From Octopus vulgaris (taxonomy: Eukaryota): DNA of 64,000 nt. The stretch spans positions 54,932,001 through 54,996,000 of the forward strand of contig OX597833.1 in the NCBI GenBank assembly GCA_951406725.2, written 5' to 3'. A program made the position numbers and the translations under genes. Of this stretch, positions 37,060 through 49,800 are shown in pieces (the stretch's first letter is position 1; every line of letters starts with the position of its first letter). The notes beneath the pieces were generated by a model. It did no database searches, had not been told where the DNA came from, and saw nothing but the letters and a program-made list of their open reading frames with translations.

Positions 37060-38389
37060 TCAGATCAGTTCCAGAGTAGGAACTAGTATTTCTGTACTAA
37101 TGACATTGTTCTTTATCAATTTAGACCAATGAAGCATGTATGACAACTGAAAGGCCTCGTTAATCTGTTGATGAAGTTAACGAGCAGGTGTGTGTCTGTG
37201 TGTGTAAATCATAATTCTTCTCAATGTAAGTTTGGGGGGACCTGACCTGTATAATTACTGAGAGGTGAGATTAATTTGATCAGAAATATCATTTATTATT
37301 ATGATTCGTTACAATTAGTCTGTGTTAGCTGGCAGAGAAAGATCTTGTAATTGTTATGCAATTGTAATCAATTTAGGTTCAATCCTCCATAGGAAAGGAC
37401 ACTTTTTTTTTGAAAATTTTTATTTTTTAATATTTAATTTTTTTATTATTTTTTTATATTTTACCATCATCAGTCGGATAGCAATTGAAGATAATTCTTG
37501 GCCAATGTCATCTCTCCTCTCTCTTTCTCTCTCTCTCTGTTCCATCTTCCTGCTGACTAGTGTGGGTAGGTGCAGGGTGAAGTGAGAATTATGTGAATTG
37601 GTCACATTTATAAGCTGTCATGTTTATTGGCTGATAAAGTAGATACCAAAAAAAAAAATATTTCAAAAAATAAAAATTGCCCCCCTCCCTCACCAAAAAA
37701 AAAAAATCAAAGACAAACAAAAAAAAAACCTGACCTGGCTTTCATTATTTAAGATAAGTCATCCTGCATATATTGCAAATTGTTAGCGGTGGCTGTGACG
37801 GCAGCAGCGAGGATTAATAGATTACCGATTCTGGTGTATTTCGTTCCTTTTTCTTGTTTTTTTTTTTTTGCCATTTTTTGCTTTTTAGTTTTTGCAGCAA
37901 AAATAAAAATACAAAAAAAAAGATATGTAAAAAAAAAAAAGAAAAGTTAAATATGCATCAGTAGACATCCAAATTGCCTTCTATTCCTCTAACCTTTTGG
38001 TGTAAATTGTGATGGTGGCGGCAGTAGTCGTGGCAGTGGTGGTGGTGGGGTGGTAGTGGTGGTGCTGGTGGTTCATTGTTCTCTTTTCCATACGAGTTTA
38101 GTCGCTGTTAATTTTTCTGTCAGAGCAGCAGGATATTATAACTGCTTTGGGATTTATATAAATTCTCCATTTGAGATAATTGTCGCTGCTGCACCTAAGT
38201 GCGTGCAGCAGCATAGTCTTCTTAATTCTGGGATTCAGCAATTATGATTTTGTTCTAGCTGAGCTCTAAATGGGATGAGGAGAGGCTCTCCGCATAGTTA
38301 CTCATCCTGCTAAAAATAATAGTCAAATCTCCCTCAAATCACAGTGTACCATCTTAAAAAAATGATACTCTGGATGATGTATTTTTTCT

Positions 38390-38728
38390 CTAAAGTATAC
38401 TGTCTTTTTCTGACATACATTGTCTTTTTCTTAGGTACACTTTGTCTTTTTCTAATGTACACTGTATCTTTCTTTGAGGTACACTGTATCTTTCTTTGAG
38501 GTACACTATCTGTCTTTGAGGTACACTGTATCTTTCTTTGAGATACACTGTATCTTTCTTTGAGGTACACTGTATCTTTCTGTGAGGTACACTGTTTCAT
38601 TCTTTGAGGTACACTGCATCTTCTTGTGAGGTACATTGCATCTTCTGAGGTATGCTGCATTCTCATCCGAGATACAAAGCATCTTCTTCCAAGCTACACT
38701 GCTTCACCTTCCAAAGTACACTGCATCT
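38390..38728. repeat. 22-bp minisatellite GAGGTACACTGTATCTTTCTTT
   Basis: Roughly 15 degenerate units. Confidence 0.9.
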
Positions 38729-39765
38729 TTCTAGCTGAGCTCTAACATCAGGAAATGGTTGTCTTAAGAGAGAAACTGGAATGTGTATTTCTCTTTTCTT
38801 TTTTAATAATGAAGTCACATGGTTCAATGGTCATAAAACTTGTGAGTTCAATTTCTGGGCTGGGAGTAAGTACATTATGTCCTTGAGCAAGACACTTCAT
38901 TTTTCATGTTGTTCCAATCTCCTCAGCTGAAAACGAGTACCAGCTGGATGCTGGTGCATCTCTCTCTCTCTCTCTCTTCTATTCTATCTCCTCTCTCTCT
39001 ACTTTCTTTTTCTCTGTCTCTCCTCTCTCCCTATCTCCCCTTTCTGTTTTTCTCTCCTCCCACCCCTCTCACTCTCTCTCTCTTCTCTCTCTCTCTCTCC
39101 ACTCTCTACTTTCTTTCTCTCTTTCTGTCCCTACTCTCTTTCCTGTCTCTCCTCTCTCCCTATCTCCCCTCTCTGTTTTTCTCCCCCCCCTCTCTCTCCC
39201 TCTCTCTCTCTCCACTCTCTACTTTCTTTCTCTCTTCTCTCTCCGTATCTCTCCTTTCTGTTTTTCTCTCCCCTCTCCCCTCTCTGTAACTAACTAACTA
39301 ACTCACATCTCTGATGTTCTGCTGGAGTCCAAGGTGGGAGTCCAAGGTGGTAGTGCTTAAAGAGTGTCCACGTCTCTTCATGACTATACAAGCACCTAAA
39401 ACAATTAGCAAAAGCATATTACATACTACCAAGATCATATTCACTTTCAAGTGACAGCTTTATTCTCTATAATACCGAGGGCACCGTAAATGTGTTTTGA
39501 GATAACATTTCCGCATCAGCCAATTGCAATTCCACTGTGTAACGAAGATTTTTCTCACCTCTCATTAATTTAACATATAAGATAATTAATTGATTAATTA
39601 ATTATTGCAGCAAGGCCATAAATTTTGAGAAAAGGTTATAGTTGATTAAAATTGACTGGTACTGTATTTTATTATTATTATTATGGAGAATGATGAAATT
39701 GCAAAGTTAATCTCGGTGTTAGAAGTACTATAAAAGTATTTGAAAGTATACTATGATGTAATGGT

Positions 39766-40420
39766 AAGGCGGCAAGCTGGCAGAAACATTAGCACGCCGG
39801 GCGAAATGCTTAGCGGTATTTCGTCTGCCGCTACGTTCTGAGTTCAAATTCTGCCGAGGTCGACTTTGCCTTTTGTCCTTTCGGGGTCGATTAAATAAGT
39901 GCCAGTTACCCACTGGGGTCGATGTAATCGACTTAATCCGTTTGTCTGTCCTTGTTTGTCCCCTCTATGTTTAGCCCCTTGTGGGTAGTAAAGAAATAAG
40001 AATCGTTATCCTGCCGGGCGAAATGCTTAGCGGTATTTCGTTTGACGTTACGTTCTGAGTTCAAATTCCGCCGAGGTCAACTTTGCCTTTCATCCTTTCG
40101 AGGTCGATTAAATAAGTACTAGTTATGCACTGGGGTTCGATATAATCGACTTAATCCGTTTGTCTGTCCTTGTTTGTCCCCTCTATGTTTAGCCCTTTGT
40201 GGGCAATAAAGAAATAAGAATCGTTATCCTGCCGGGCGAAATGCTTAGCGGTATTTCGTCTGTCTTTATTTTCTGAGTTCAAATTCCGCTGAGGTTGACT
40301 TTGCCTTTCATCCTTTCGGGGTCGATTAAATAAGTACCAGTTACGCACTGGGGCCGATATAATTGACTTAATCCATTTGTCTATCCTTGTTTGTCCTCTC
40401 TGTGTGTAGTCCCTTGTGGG
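39766..40420 (+). mobile_element. SINE family B, three units in tandem
   Basis: Central domain and tail repeated three times. Confidence 0.85.
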
Positions 40421-40509
40421 CGAGCACAGTCTTTCAGCTTGTCAAATTCTATCAAAATGTCCAATCCTTACCAGTATACAAACCAGACATCAAATAATAA
40501 TGATGCCGC

Positions 40510-41701
40510 ATGGCTGTGTGGTAAGAAGCGTGCTCCCAACCACATGGTTCTGGGTTCAGTTCCACTGTGTGGCACTTTGGACAAGTGTCTTCTATAGCCT
40601 CAGACCAACCAAAGCCTTGTGAGTGGATATAGTTGACAGAAACTGAAAGAAGCCCAACATATATATGTGTGTATGTGTTTGTCCTTGTCCTCCCACCATC
40701 GCTTGATAACCAATGTTGGTGTATTTATATCCCTGTAACTTAGTGGCTCAGCAAAAGACACCGATAGAATAAGTCCTAGGCTTACAAAGAATAAATCCTG
40801 GGGTTGATTTGTTTTACGAAAAGGCAGTGCTCCAGCATGGCCACAGTCAAATGACTGACACAAGTAAAAGAGAGTAAAAGAGAATATATGATTGTACTGG
40901 TATGGCTATGTGGTAATAAGTTTGCTTCCTAACCACATGGTTTTGGGTTCAGTCCCACTGTGTGGCACATTAAGCAAGCATCTGCTTATAATCTTAGACT
41001 GACCTAAGCTTTGTGAATGGATTTGGTAGACGGAAACTGAAAGAAACCTGTCGTATATATAAATATATGTGTGTGTGTGTGTCTGTGTGTCTTTGTATCT
41101 GTGTTTGTCCCCCATCACCACTTGACAATTGGTGTTGTTTTGTTTACATCCCTGTAACATAGTACTTTAGCAAAAGAGATTGGTAGAATTAGTTCCAGGT
41201 TTTAAAAAAATGTACTGAGGTCAATTCATTTGACTAAAATTTCTCTAAGACTGTGCCCCAGCATGGCCACAGTCTAAGGACCAAATCAAGTGAAAGATAT
41301 ATCAGTCATTACATTCCTGTCGCCTCTTTTACTTGTTTCAGTCATTTGACTGTGGCCATGCTGGAGCACTGCCTTTAGTCGAGCAAATCGACCCCAGGAC
41401 TTATTCTTTGGAAGCCTAGTACTTATTCTATCGGTAGCTTTTGCTGAACTTCTGAGTTACAGGGACGTAAGCACACCAGCATCGGTTGTCAAGCAATGTC
41501 GAGGATGGACAAAAACTGACACACAAACACACGCATACACGATAAGCTTCTTTCAGTTTCCATCTACCAAATCTGCTTACAAGTTTTTTTGGTCAGCCCG
41601 AGGCAATAGTAGAAGACACTTGCCTCAGGTGCCACACAGTAGGACTGAACCCGGAATCATGTGGTTGGTAAGCAAGCTACTTACCACACAGCCACTCCTG
41701 T
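40510..41701. mobile_element. Cluster of three SINE A copies (+40510-40882, +40903-41300, -41325-41701)
   Basis: Family matches. Confidence 0.8.
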
Positions 41702-42689
41702 AACCAAATGCTATTCAGGGGTACATTCTAGGTAAACTTTCCAATTGATTCTGTATAATTTTTTTTATGCAGTGTGAATGTTAATTGCCTCTCACTACTC
41801 TCATCTCCCCCTCCATTAAATATTACAATGATCGGATAGATTTTTTTTTACTGATTAGAAGTTAATTAGATTATTAACGTTGGCAAATGGATTTTCTTAT
41901 CTCATGACATTATAATTTGTTCACTTCCACCCACCTGCCTGCTCTCCCACCTTCCAGTTTTAATTTCAATAAGTCTTTTGAGAACATTCGTTGTAAAACA
42001 TGAAGTGTTTTAATTTTCCTCACCAACATTTTCCTAACTCTTTTCACACTTTTACTATTTACTTGGCCGAGCGCCAGCATTGTGCATTTGTGTTTGTGTC
42101 ACTGCGAGAGAGAGAGTTCTGACTGCTCTCATTACAATTACTTCCATATCCGTTGCAACGCTTTAAAAATATCACGTCTTTCGTCTCTGTTTGCCAATGC
42201 TCGATGCTTTTATAACCAGAGTGTTGGTTAGTCAATAAATTTTGTTTACATTCACCATGAAGATTGAAGTTGGCTTTTATGTAATATTCTTTGTAGCGCC
42301 GCCAGTCTAGAGATTGTTTATTTGTTTGTTATCATATTCTGTTTGTCTTTTTATAGATTTTTGAAATATTAGTTGCTCTGTTATCTGTCTACTCAGATTT
42401 GGTAAGAGAATTATTTCGCAATAAAATAGTGAGGGCTTTACAAATAGACTAAGACAGTATGTCAGATTTTAATTTTTGTTTTTGTTTTGTTTTGTTTTTT
42501 TTGTTTTGTTCTATTTATTTTGTTCACCTCACATGGAATATTATCAAAACATAAAAACCGTTTCCCTTTGTGTGATGCAAACGACCTAACTGCAATGTAA
42601 TTTCTCATTTGAAAAACAAAAACAATGTCCCTGAAAATACATTTTTTTTTTTAAGGGCATTGTATTATAATTATAACCGCACAGGCATG

Positions 42690-42904
42690 GTGCAGGCACA
42701 TGGCCTAGTGGTTAGAACAGCAGACTCGCGGTCGAGGGATTGCAGGTTTGAATCTCAGACCAGGCGATGTGTGTGTTTACGAGCAAAAAAAACCTAAGCT
42801 CCATGCGACTCCGGCAGAAGGTAATGGTGAACTTCTGCTGACTCTTTTGCCACAACCTTCTCTCACTCTTTCCTCTTGCATCTTGCAGCTCACCTGCGAC
42901 GGAC
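42690..42904 (+). mobile_element. SINE head D, tail D1, 3'-truncated
   Basis: Matches 23689-23900. Confidence 0.8.
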
Positions 42905-44843
42905 AGATTTTAAAAATATGAGACAGAAAGGCAGACTTTGAGTTGAGGTGGGGCATGTCATTGATGAGGTTGCGAATGATAGTCATCAGCATTTAACATC
43001 CTTTTCTTCCATGTTGTCATGGGTTGCATGGTTTGACTAGAACAGATGAGCCAGGGGCCTCCACCAGGTTCCGTGTCTGCTTTGACGTGGTTTCTACAGC
43101 TGGGTGCCCTTCCTGATGCCAACTCTCTTAACTATAGAGTCAAGTCGAGTGTTGGGTACTATGCGATACTTGTAGCAACATTTGAACTTACAGATCCTGC
43201 TTCCGCAAATATATATTTATCGTGTCTGTGTGTATGACTATGTGTAGACATTCTTCTCAAAGTTTTGACTGCTATGCTAAACAAGTAAACCAAACTATAT
43301 ACATACCCGCCCCTCATCTGGCTCATCGTATGTTATATGCCAGGATAGTTTCCTGAAATTAAAAACAACTCTGACTTCATTTTATTTGCTTATTTTCACA
43401 AATATCTTATGATACAAACCTCTTCACCATTTGCTTTCAGTTATAAGGACATTTTTAATTACTGTGTTTTTACTTTTTTTTTTTTTTTTTTTGCAAACTT
43501 AAATTTTATATTATTTTAAGCAATTAGGCCTCCGATTTCGGAGTTTATTATTTATTATCTTACTTTGCAAGTTGTTGTTGTCGTTGTTGTTGTTGTAGGG
43601 TGGAGTCTTTTGAGAATTTAGTTTTAAGGTTAGATATATAACTAAGAAATATTTTCTGAGTCATCGTGTTTGAATTTATCCAAATCTTTCACAAAATATA
43701 ATACCCATGATATAATGTCATTTTCTTACACGTTCTTCTGTTCGTTTTTGTTAATTGCTTTCACATTTAATTTAAACTCACATTGTCGTCATTCAACATC
43801 CACTTTTCCCTGCTTGCATGGGCAAGACAGAGCTTGTTAAAGCAAATTTTCTACAGCTGGATGCCCTTCCTGTCGCCAACCCTACCACTTGTTTCAAAGC
43901 AAAGTAATACTTCACTATGGAAGACAGAAAATGAACAACCTCGCTTGTATGACAGTGATGCACATTTACAGACATTACATGATGTCTAGTCATTGGGACA
44001 TCACGTCAACTAATTATTGACACCTTCATCATCATTATCATCGTCACCACCACCACCACTGCCACCAGTGATGCACATTTACAGACATTACATGATGTCT
44101 AGTCAAGGGTACACAATCACACACACGACTTTGTCTTTCATCCTTTCGGGGTCGATTAAATAAGTACCAGTTATGCACTGGGGTCGATGTAATAAACTTA
44201 GTCTGTTTGTCTGTTCTTGTTTGTCCTCTCTGTGCATTCTGCAATTCTGCGAGTCGACTTTGCTCTCTTGTGGGTAGTAAAGAAATAGGTATTCTTGTCA
44301 AATTCTGCCTGCTGCATTCTGAGTTCGGGGGTAAAGAAATAGGTATTTTGTCCGTTAGAGTTCAAATAACACCAAGGTCGACTTTGCCTTTCATCCTTTC
44401 AGGGTCGATAAATTAAATACCAATGAAACACTGAGACTGATGTAATTGACTGGTCCCTTCCCCAAAAATTTCAGGCCTTGTTCCTTTAGTAAAAAGGATT
44501 AGTATTTTATGCTTGTTTTCCTATGCCAGTATGGGTTAGGCATCTCTACTTCAGCACAGCATCTCACCACTTGTTTATCATGAGTTCCTCGACGTCTCCT
44601 TCGCAACCTCAGATCATTAGCCTCTTCCATTTCTTGCTCAGTCTTCCTCTTCTGCAGGCTTCTTCTACTTTCTACTTTTGATCACTTGACACTTCTTCCC
44701 CCAACTGTCATCTCTGCATTCTACACATTGCATCCATATCAGTGCAGTCCTGTCTGTTGCACATTACAACTGATTCTTATTATAAATAAGTTTTCTCTCA
44801 GTCTGTTTGTACTATTATTTACACATGTTAATAATGTAAATTC

Positions 44844-45261
44844 GGATCTTTTCAGTTTGAACGGTAGTTTTTAAAAATAATTTCCACGTAACTAAACACT
44901 TTTAAACTTCGTATACTGGTAGAATGTGTTTATAAAACATCTTTTTCTCTCGGCTTTATTGAGAAAATTCTATAGTTTGTAAGATATTTGTTGGTTTTTT
45001 TCTTCTTCAATTTCTGCAATTTCAACCTAATCAATGACGTCTATTGAGGTAAAAAAAAAACATTCTGTGCCGTATGAATATGTCCCTCGTTTAAGAAACA
45101 GATTGGGTTTATTTACATTTGTGAAGAAAAAAGATACCCTTCCCCCCACCCTAACCCTAAAACAGACTGAAATGCAATAGATTGATACTAGGGTCATAAT
45201 TATGGGTGACAATTTCATAAGACACCGCTAGAAAAATCTGCTGTTCAAACCGAAAAGATCC
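44844..45261. mobile_element. MITE with GGATC TIRs and 8-bp TSD (Merlin-like)
   Basis: Perfect TSD GTAAATTC (44836-44843/45262-45269). Confidence 0.92.
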
Positions 45262-45564
45262 GTAAATTCTACACACCCAATTTTCCAATAGTGTCATGAT
45301 TCACAGCTTGAACAAGAACTGGTAGAAATACCAAAATAGGGCGGTGTGCAGTATTATGTTTTGTGTTGGGAAGCACGCTTTATCTTTCTGATAAGGAATA
45401 TGGGTGCTAGAATCTCTAAAAGTTAAAAAAATGAAAATGTTCATAGGTGCAGGAGTGGCTTGCTTACCTACCACATGATTCCAGGTTCAGTCCCACTGCG
45501 TGGCACCCTGGGCTTACCAAAGCTGTGTGAGAGGATTTGGTAGATGGAAACTGAAAGAATCCTG

Positions 45565-45630
<66 letters not shown>

Positions 45631-45631
<1 letters not shown>

Positions 45632-45844
45632 AAAGAAAAGCGGTGCTCAGAATGCTGGATGGTTGTAAAAATATATATTTATTCATCAGATTTCTGATGA
45701 AACTACAGGAGTAGTTGAAAGCGTTAATATGAAGAAATAATATGTGATATGTAAATAAATATATATTTTTACAACCATCCAGCATTCTGAACACCTTTTT
45801 TCTTTCATATGTATTAAACCTGTACATCACTCCCAATACTTCTA

Positions 45845-45845
<1 letters not shown>
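45631..45845 (+). mobile_element. Penelope-like element end with a ~53-bp inverted repeat and an HHR, inserted in (TA)n
   Basis: Arms 45631-45683/45754-45806; decayed relative at ~31217-31310. Confidence 0.6.
45682..45736 (+). ncRNA. Minimal type I hammerhead ribozyme (stem III probably damaged)
   Basis: CTGATGA AACTAC-AGGA-GTAGTT GAAA GCG TT, imperfect stem I. Confidence 0.6.
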
Positions 45846-45882
<37 letters not shown>

Positions 45883-45883
<1 letters not shown>

Positions 45884-46323
45884 AATTAATTGTTATCGCC
45901 ATATTAATATGGCATTCTTATAGATATAAGAATAATCGCTGCCATGGTCAGCTCCATGAGGACACCGCCATCAAGATAGCTATTGATACACGATCTGTAT
46001 CCATTATAACCTTCGAACAAGGGAGGTCAGCCGCTTCACACTGCCAGTCCGACAGCTACAGACGCGTTTCGGGGTATTGCCCCTTGTCAATGTAGCGCAG
46101 TCAGACCCGCAGGTGTCGCCACTGACGTCTCTGTTCGAAGGCTTCTATTTACCTAGTTTCAGTGGAATACATCCACTTGTTTTCAATAACAGAAATATTA
46201 AAATTACTAAGTCTCTATAAAAGAGATTACGGCAGCGTTTACTGGAAATTAATTGTTATCGCCATATTAATATGGCATTCTTATAGATTTAAGAATAATC
46301 GCTCCATGGTCAGCTCCATGAGG
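45883..46323 (-). mobile_element. Non-LTR retrozyme-like unit: 363-bp monomer plus ~78-bp terminal redundancy
   Basis: Direct repeat 45883-45961 / 46246-46323; central HHR; no ORF. Confidence 0.75.
46055..46096 (-). ncRNA. Type I hammerhead ribozyme with U3-A8 covariant core
   Basis: Minus strand: GCTACA TTGACAA GGGG-CAATA-CCCC GAAA CGCG TC TGTAGC; stem I extends beyond an internal loop (GTCTGAC/GTCGGAC). Confidence 0.85.
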
Positions 46324-46974
46324 CTTTGATGCAATTTCTGTCTTCCAAATTTACTCATAATGGCATTGGTCGACCTAGGGTTATAATAAAAAAAAACATT
46401 TGTCCATATGCCATGCTGTGGGATTGAATCTGAAGCCATGTGGTCACAAAGCCAGTTTCAAATATCAGGAACTTATGTTTCCTATCTAAAACATGTGGAT
46501 TTATACCACCAACAGATTTGTTTTCCCCACCATACTTCAAATCAAATTGTAAAGCAGTCACTGACTTTTCTCTAATCCCTAAGTCTAATTCTTATTAGAT
46601 TAAGGTCACATGAAACCCCTACTTTGCTCTGTTTCAAATTAAATTTACTTGAGATTGAAGCATTTTTTTCCTTTTCATTATTAAGACTTCAAATTCTCTG
46701 ATTAAGTTTACAATGATATCTAAGTTCTAAGTATATAGTTACTGCTTGGGACCACCTAGTCTTGAATATGTCTGATAGAGCTTTACTAGGATTTCAAAAA
46801 AAAATATTGATAATCTCATAGGTATTTCCTGTACAAAAATTGTAATCCTAACTCTAGGTTTAAGCTTCTGTGTGTATGTCAATCTTTTGGAATCTCTCAT
46901 CCATGCCTACTAAATCTTCATTGTTTGGTGACGAGTGTTGGGCTTAACACTTGCCAGAACTAGTTTCCACTTAA

Positions 46975-47544
46975 CCCTTTCGTTACCGTATTTATTCTGA
47001 GATGCTCTGTGTTTCTTTCAATCTCTCTATATATATAAAGCTGAAGTTGTATGGCAGCTTTGGTAGCCTTCAACTAACACTATCTCCTCCGAGACCCTGC
47101 GGCGCAAGTTGACCAAAATTGAGAGTATGATAGAAGAAGGCTTGCTTTTTCCTTCCGAAGAAGAAAAAATTCAAATTGGACCATGTTAACACCAAAAATT
47201 ACTTACATCAAAAAGGTGCTTTTTTTCTATGAAAATCCCTATTTTTTAATGATTTTTTGACTGCTGTGTCGCCATTTTTCGGTGTATTTCAACCAGAAAA
47301 ATGTTCACTTAAAGCTACATAATGCAAAGTTTTTACTTTTCGAAAATTCCAATTCTAAAGGGTCGAAACAAACCCAAGCAACACCAGGTGATACTGCTAG
47401 TTTTTAAATATAACAAAGAATTTAGTAAAATAACTTATTTATGATTAAGCTGGTGTTAGGAACGTAAATTGTGACTAAAGTTTGATGGAAATCATTTGTA
47501 CTACAGAGCCAGAACCAGCTTCAGCCGGGTTGGTAACAAAAGGG
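46975..47544. mobile_element. piggyBac-like MITE (family G) interrupted by a Helitron
   Basis: TTAA|CCCTTTCGTTACC ... GGTAACAAAAGGG|TTAA. Confidence 0.85.
47022..47400 (+). mobile_element. Non-autonomous Helitron
   Basis: 5' TC, 3' CTAG, inserted between A and T with no TSD; decayed subterminal hairpin 47373-47388. Confidence 0.8.
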
Positions 47545-47639
47545 TTAAATGGACAAAAGCTTTTATCATTCTGGGGGTGCAGAAAGAAAAATGTACCAAT
47601 GAAGTGATTTAATATTCTGACACATCTTAGATGTGAATT

Positions 47640-48312
47640 TGGCTGTGTAGTTAAGAAGAATGCTTCTTAATCTCATGGTATGGGTTCAATTCCACTGCAT
47701 GGCACTTTGGGCAAATTGGTGTCTTCTACTGTAGCAGTGGCTCTCGACTGTATTTTACCTGTGGATCCCTTTGATTCCTATTTTATTCGGTGGACTCCCA
47801 TATCTATTTGATGTTTAAAAAATGTTATTATATTCTTGTGAATAAATTTTGTTAGGGATTGTATAAAAAAATTGTCAAGATATTTTGTGTATAACCAGTT
47901 TATTGTACGTAACTTTTAACAACAAAATCTTATCTGGATCCTTGGGTCATATGGAACCCATAACCTTGGGCTGATCAAAGCCTTTTGAGCTAATTTGGTC
48001 AATGGAAACTGAAAGAAGCCCATCGTGTGTGTGTGTGTGTGTGCATATTAGTATCTCCTTGTCTTGACATCCTGTGATAATTGTAAATGAGCATCACTGT
48101 CATGTATTTCCAATCTTCCATAGAAACATGTCTGGCTATGGGGGAAATATTACCTTGTTTGGAAACAGGCAAGGGTTGGTGACAGCAAGGGCATCTAGCC
48201 AAAAACGGACCGGTGGGGTGGGGTGGGGTGGGGATGGGTGTTCTGCCTCAACAAATTTAATCAGACTGTTGCAAAGCATGGAAAAAGCAGACCTTAAAAT
48301 GATAGTGATGAT
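47640..48312 (+). mobile_element. Older SINE A-related copy with RTE-type tail, interrupted by a hAT-like MITE (~47735-47960)
   Basis: Head TGGCTGTGTAGTTAAG..GGTTCAATTCC; tail AGCATGGAAAAAGCAGACCTTAAAATGAT. Confidence 0.6.
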
Positions 48313-48843
48313 GTTAGATATTGTTGAACATTTTGGCTGAGCAGATTTAGGATTTAGGATTTAGGATCAAAGGCAATTTTGGCTGTAAAAATACCACTTT
48401 TTATTCAAACATTATCCTCTGAGATGCCCCTCTTTTAAAGACAACATAATGGGATCTGAGCGAGATTTTTGACTGCTATTAGTAGCTTTGGGGCCATTGC
48501 AGAAAAGGCTCCTTCAATTAGTTCATGGATTTTTTCCGTTTCTTTTTTTTCTTCTTTTTCTTTGGTTTATTTTTGGCAAGTACTGCTCTTGAGACAATCT
48601 CGGTTCAAACACATAAGGTCCTTCGTTTCTTTCTTACTTTTTTTTTTCCCTTCCTTCCTTTCTTCTTTTTCCATAAATTCAAACTGTATTCAATCTTAAT
48701 TCCGTCTGTGCTAAGGCTTGTCTTTTCCTCTATTATTACATTTACCGATTCTTAGCTTTTGTTTCAGTCAAGTTTCATATATTTTGAAGCTTCTTTTAAA
48801 GGAAAATGATGAAGGAGGAGCAAATCATTTACTTTCAGTTTAC

Positions 48844-48844
<1 letters not shown>

Positions 48845-48918
<74 letters not shown>

Positions 48919-48935
48919 CATCATCATTATTATTT
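48845..48935. repeat. (TAT)n microsatellite
   Basis: Direct reading. Confidence 0.95.
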
Positions 48936-49162
48936 ATAGGTACCACAGGTCTGGTTGAGGTCCATTAATCACAAAGAAAAGAGGACGGCCTCAGCACTCG
49001 CATGCATTAGCTCCAAATTGTGTTAATGTTGTACATTGTATATTCACTGCACACCGTTATCTTATGTAATGCCTGGGACCGTTATTCAGATAATTCATCT
49101 TCCAATAGACAGAGAGAATTTCGCCTTTCCCGCTGTTAACTCAGCTATATTAACTCTTTCCC

Positions 49163-49800
<638 letters not shown>

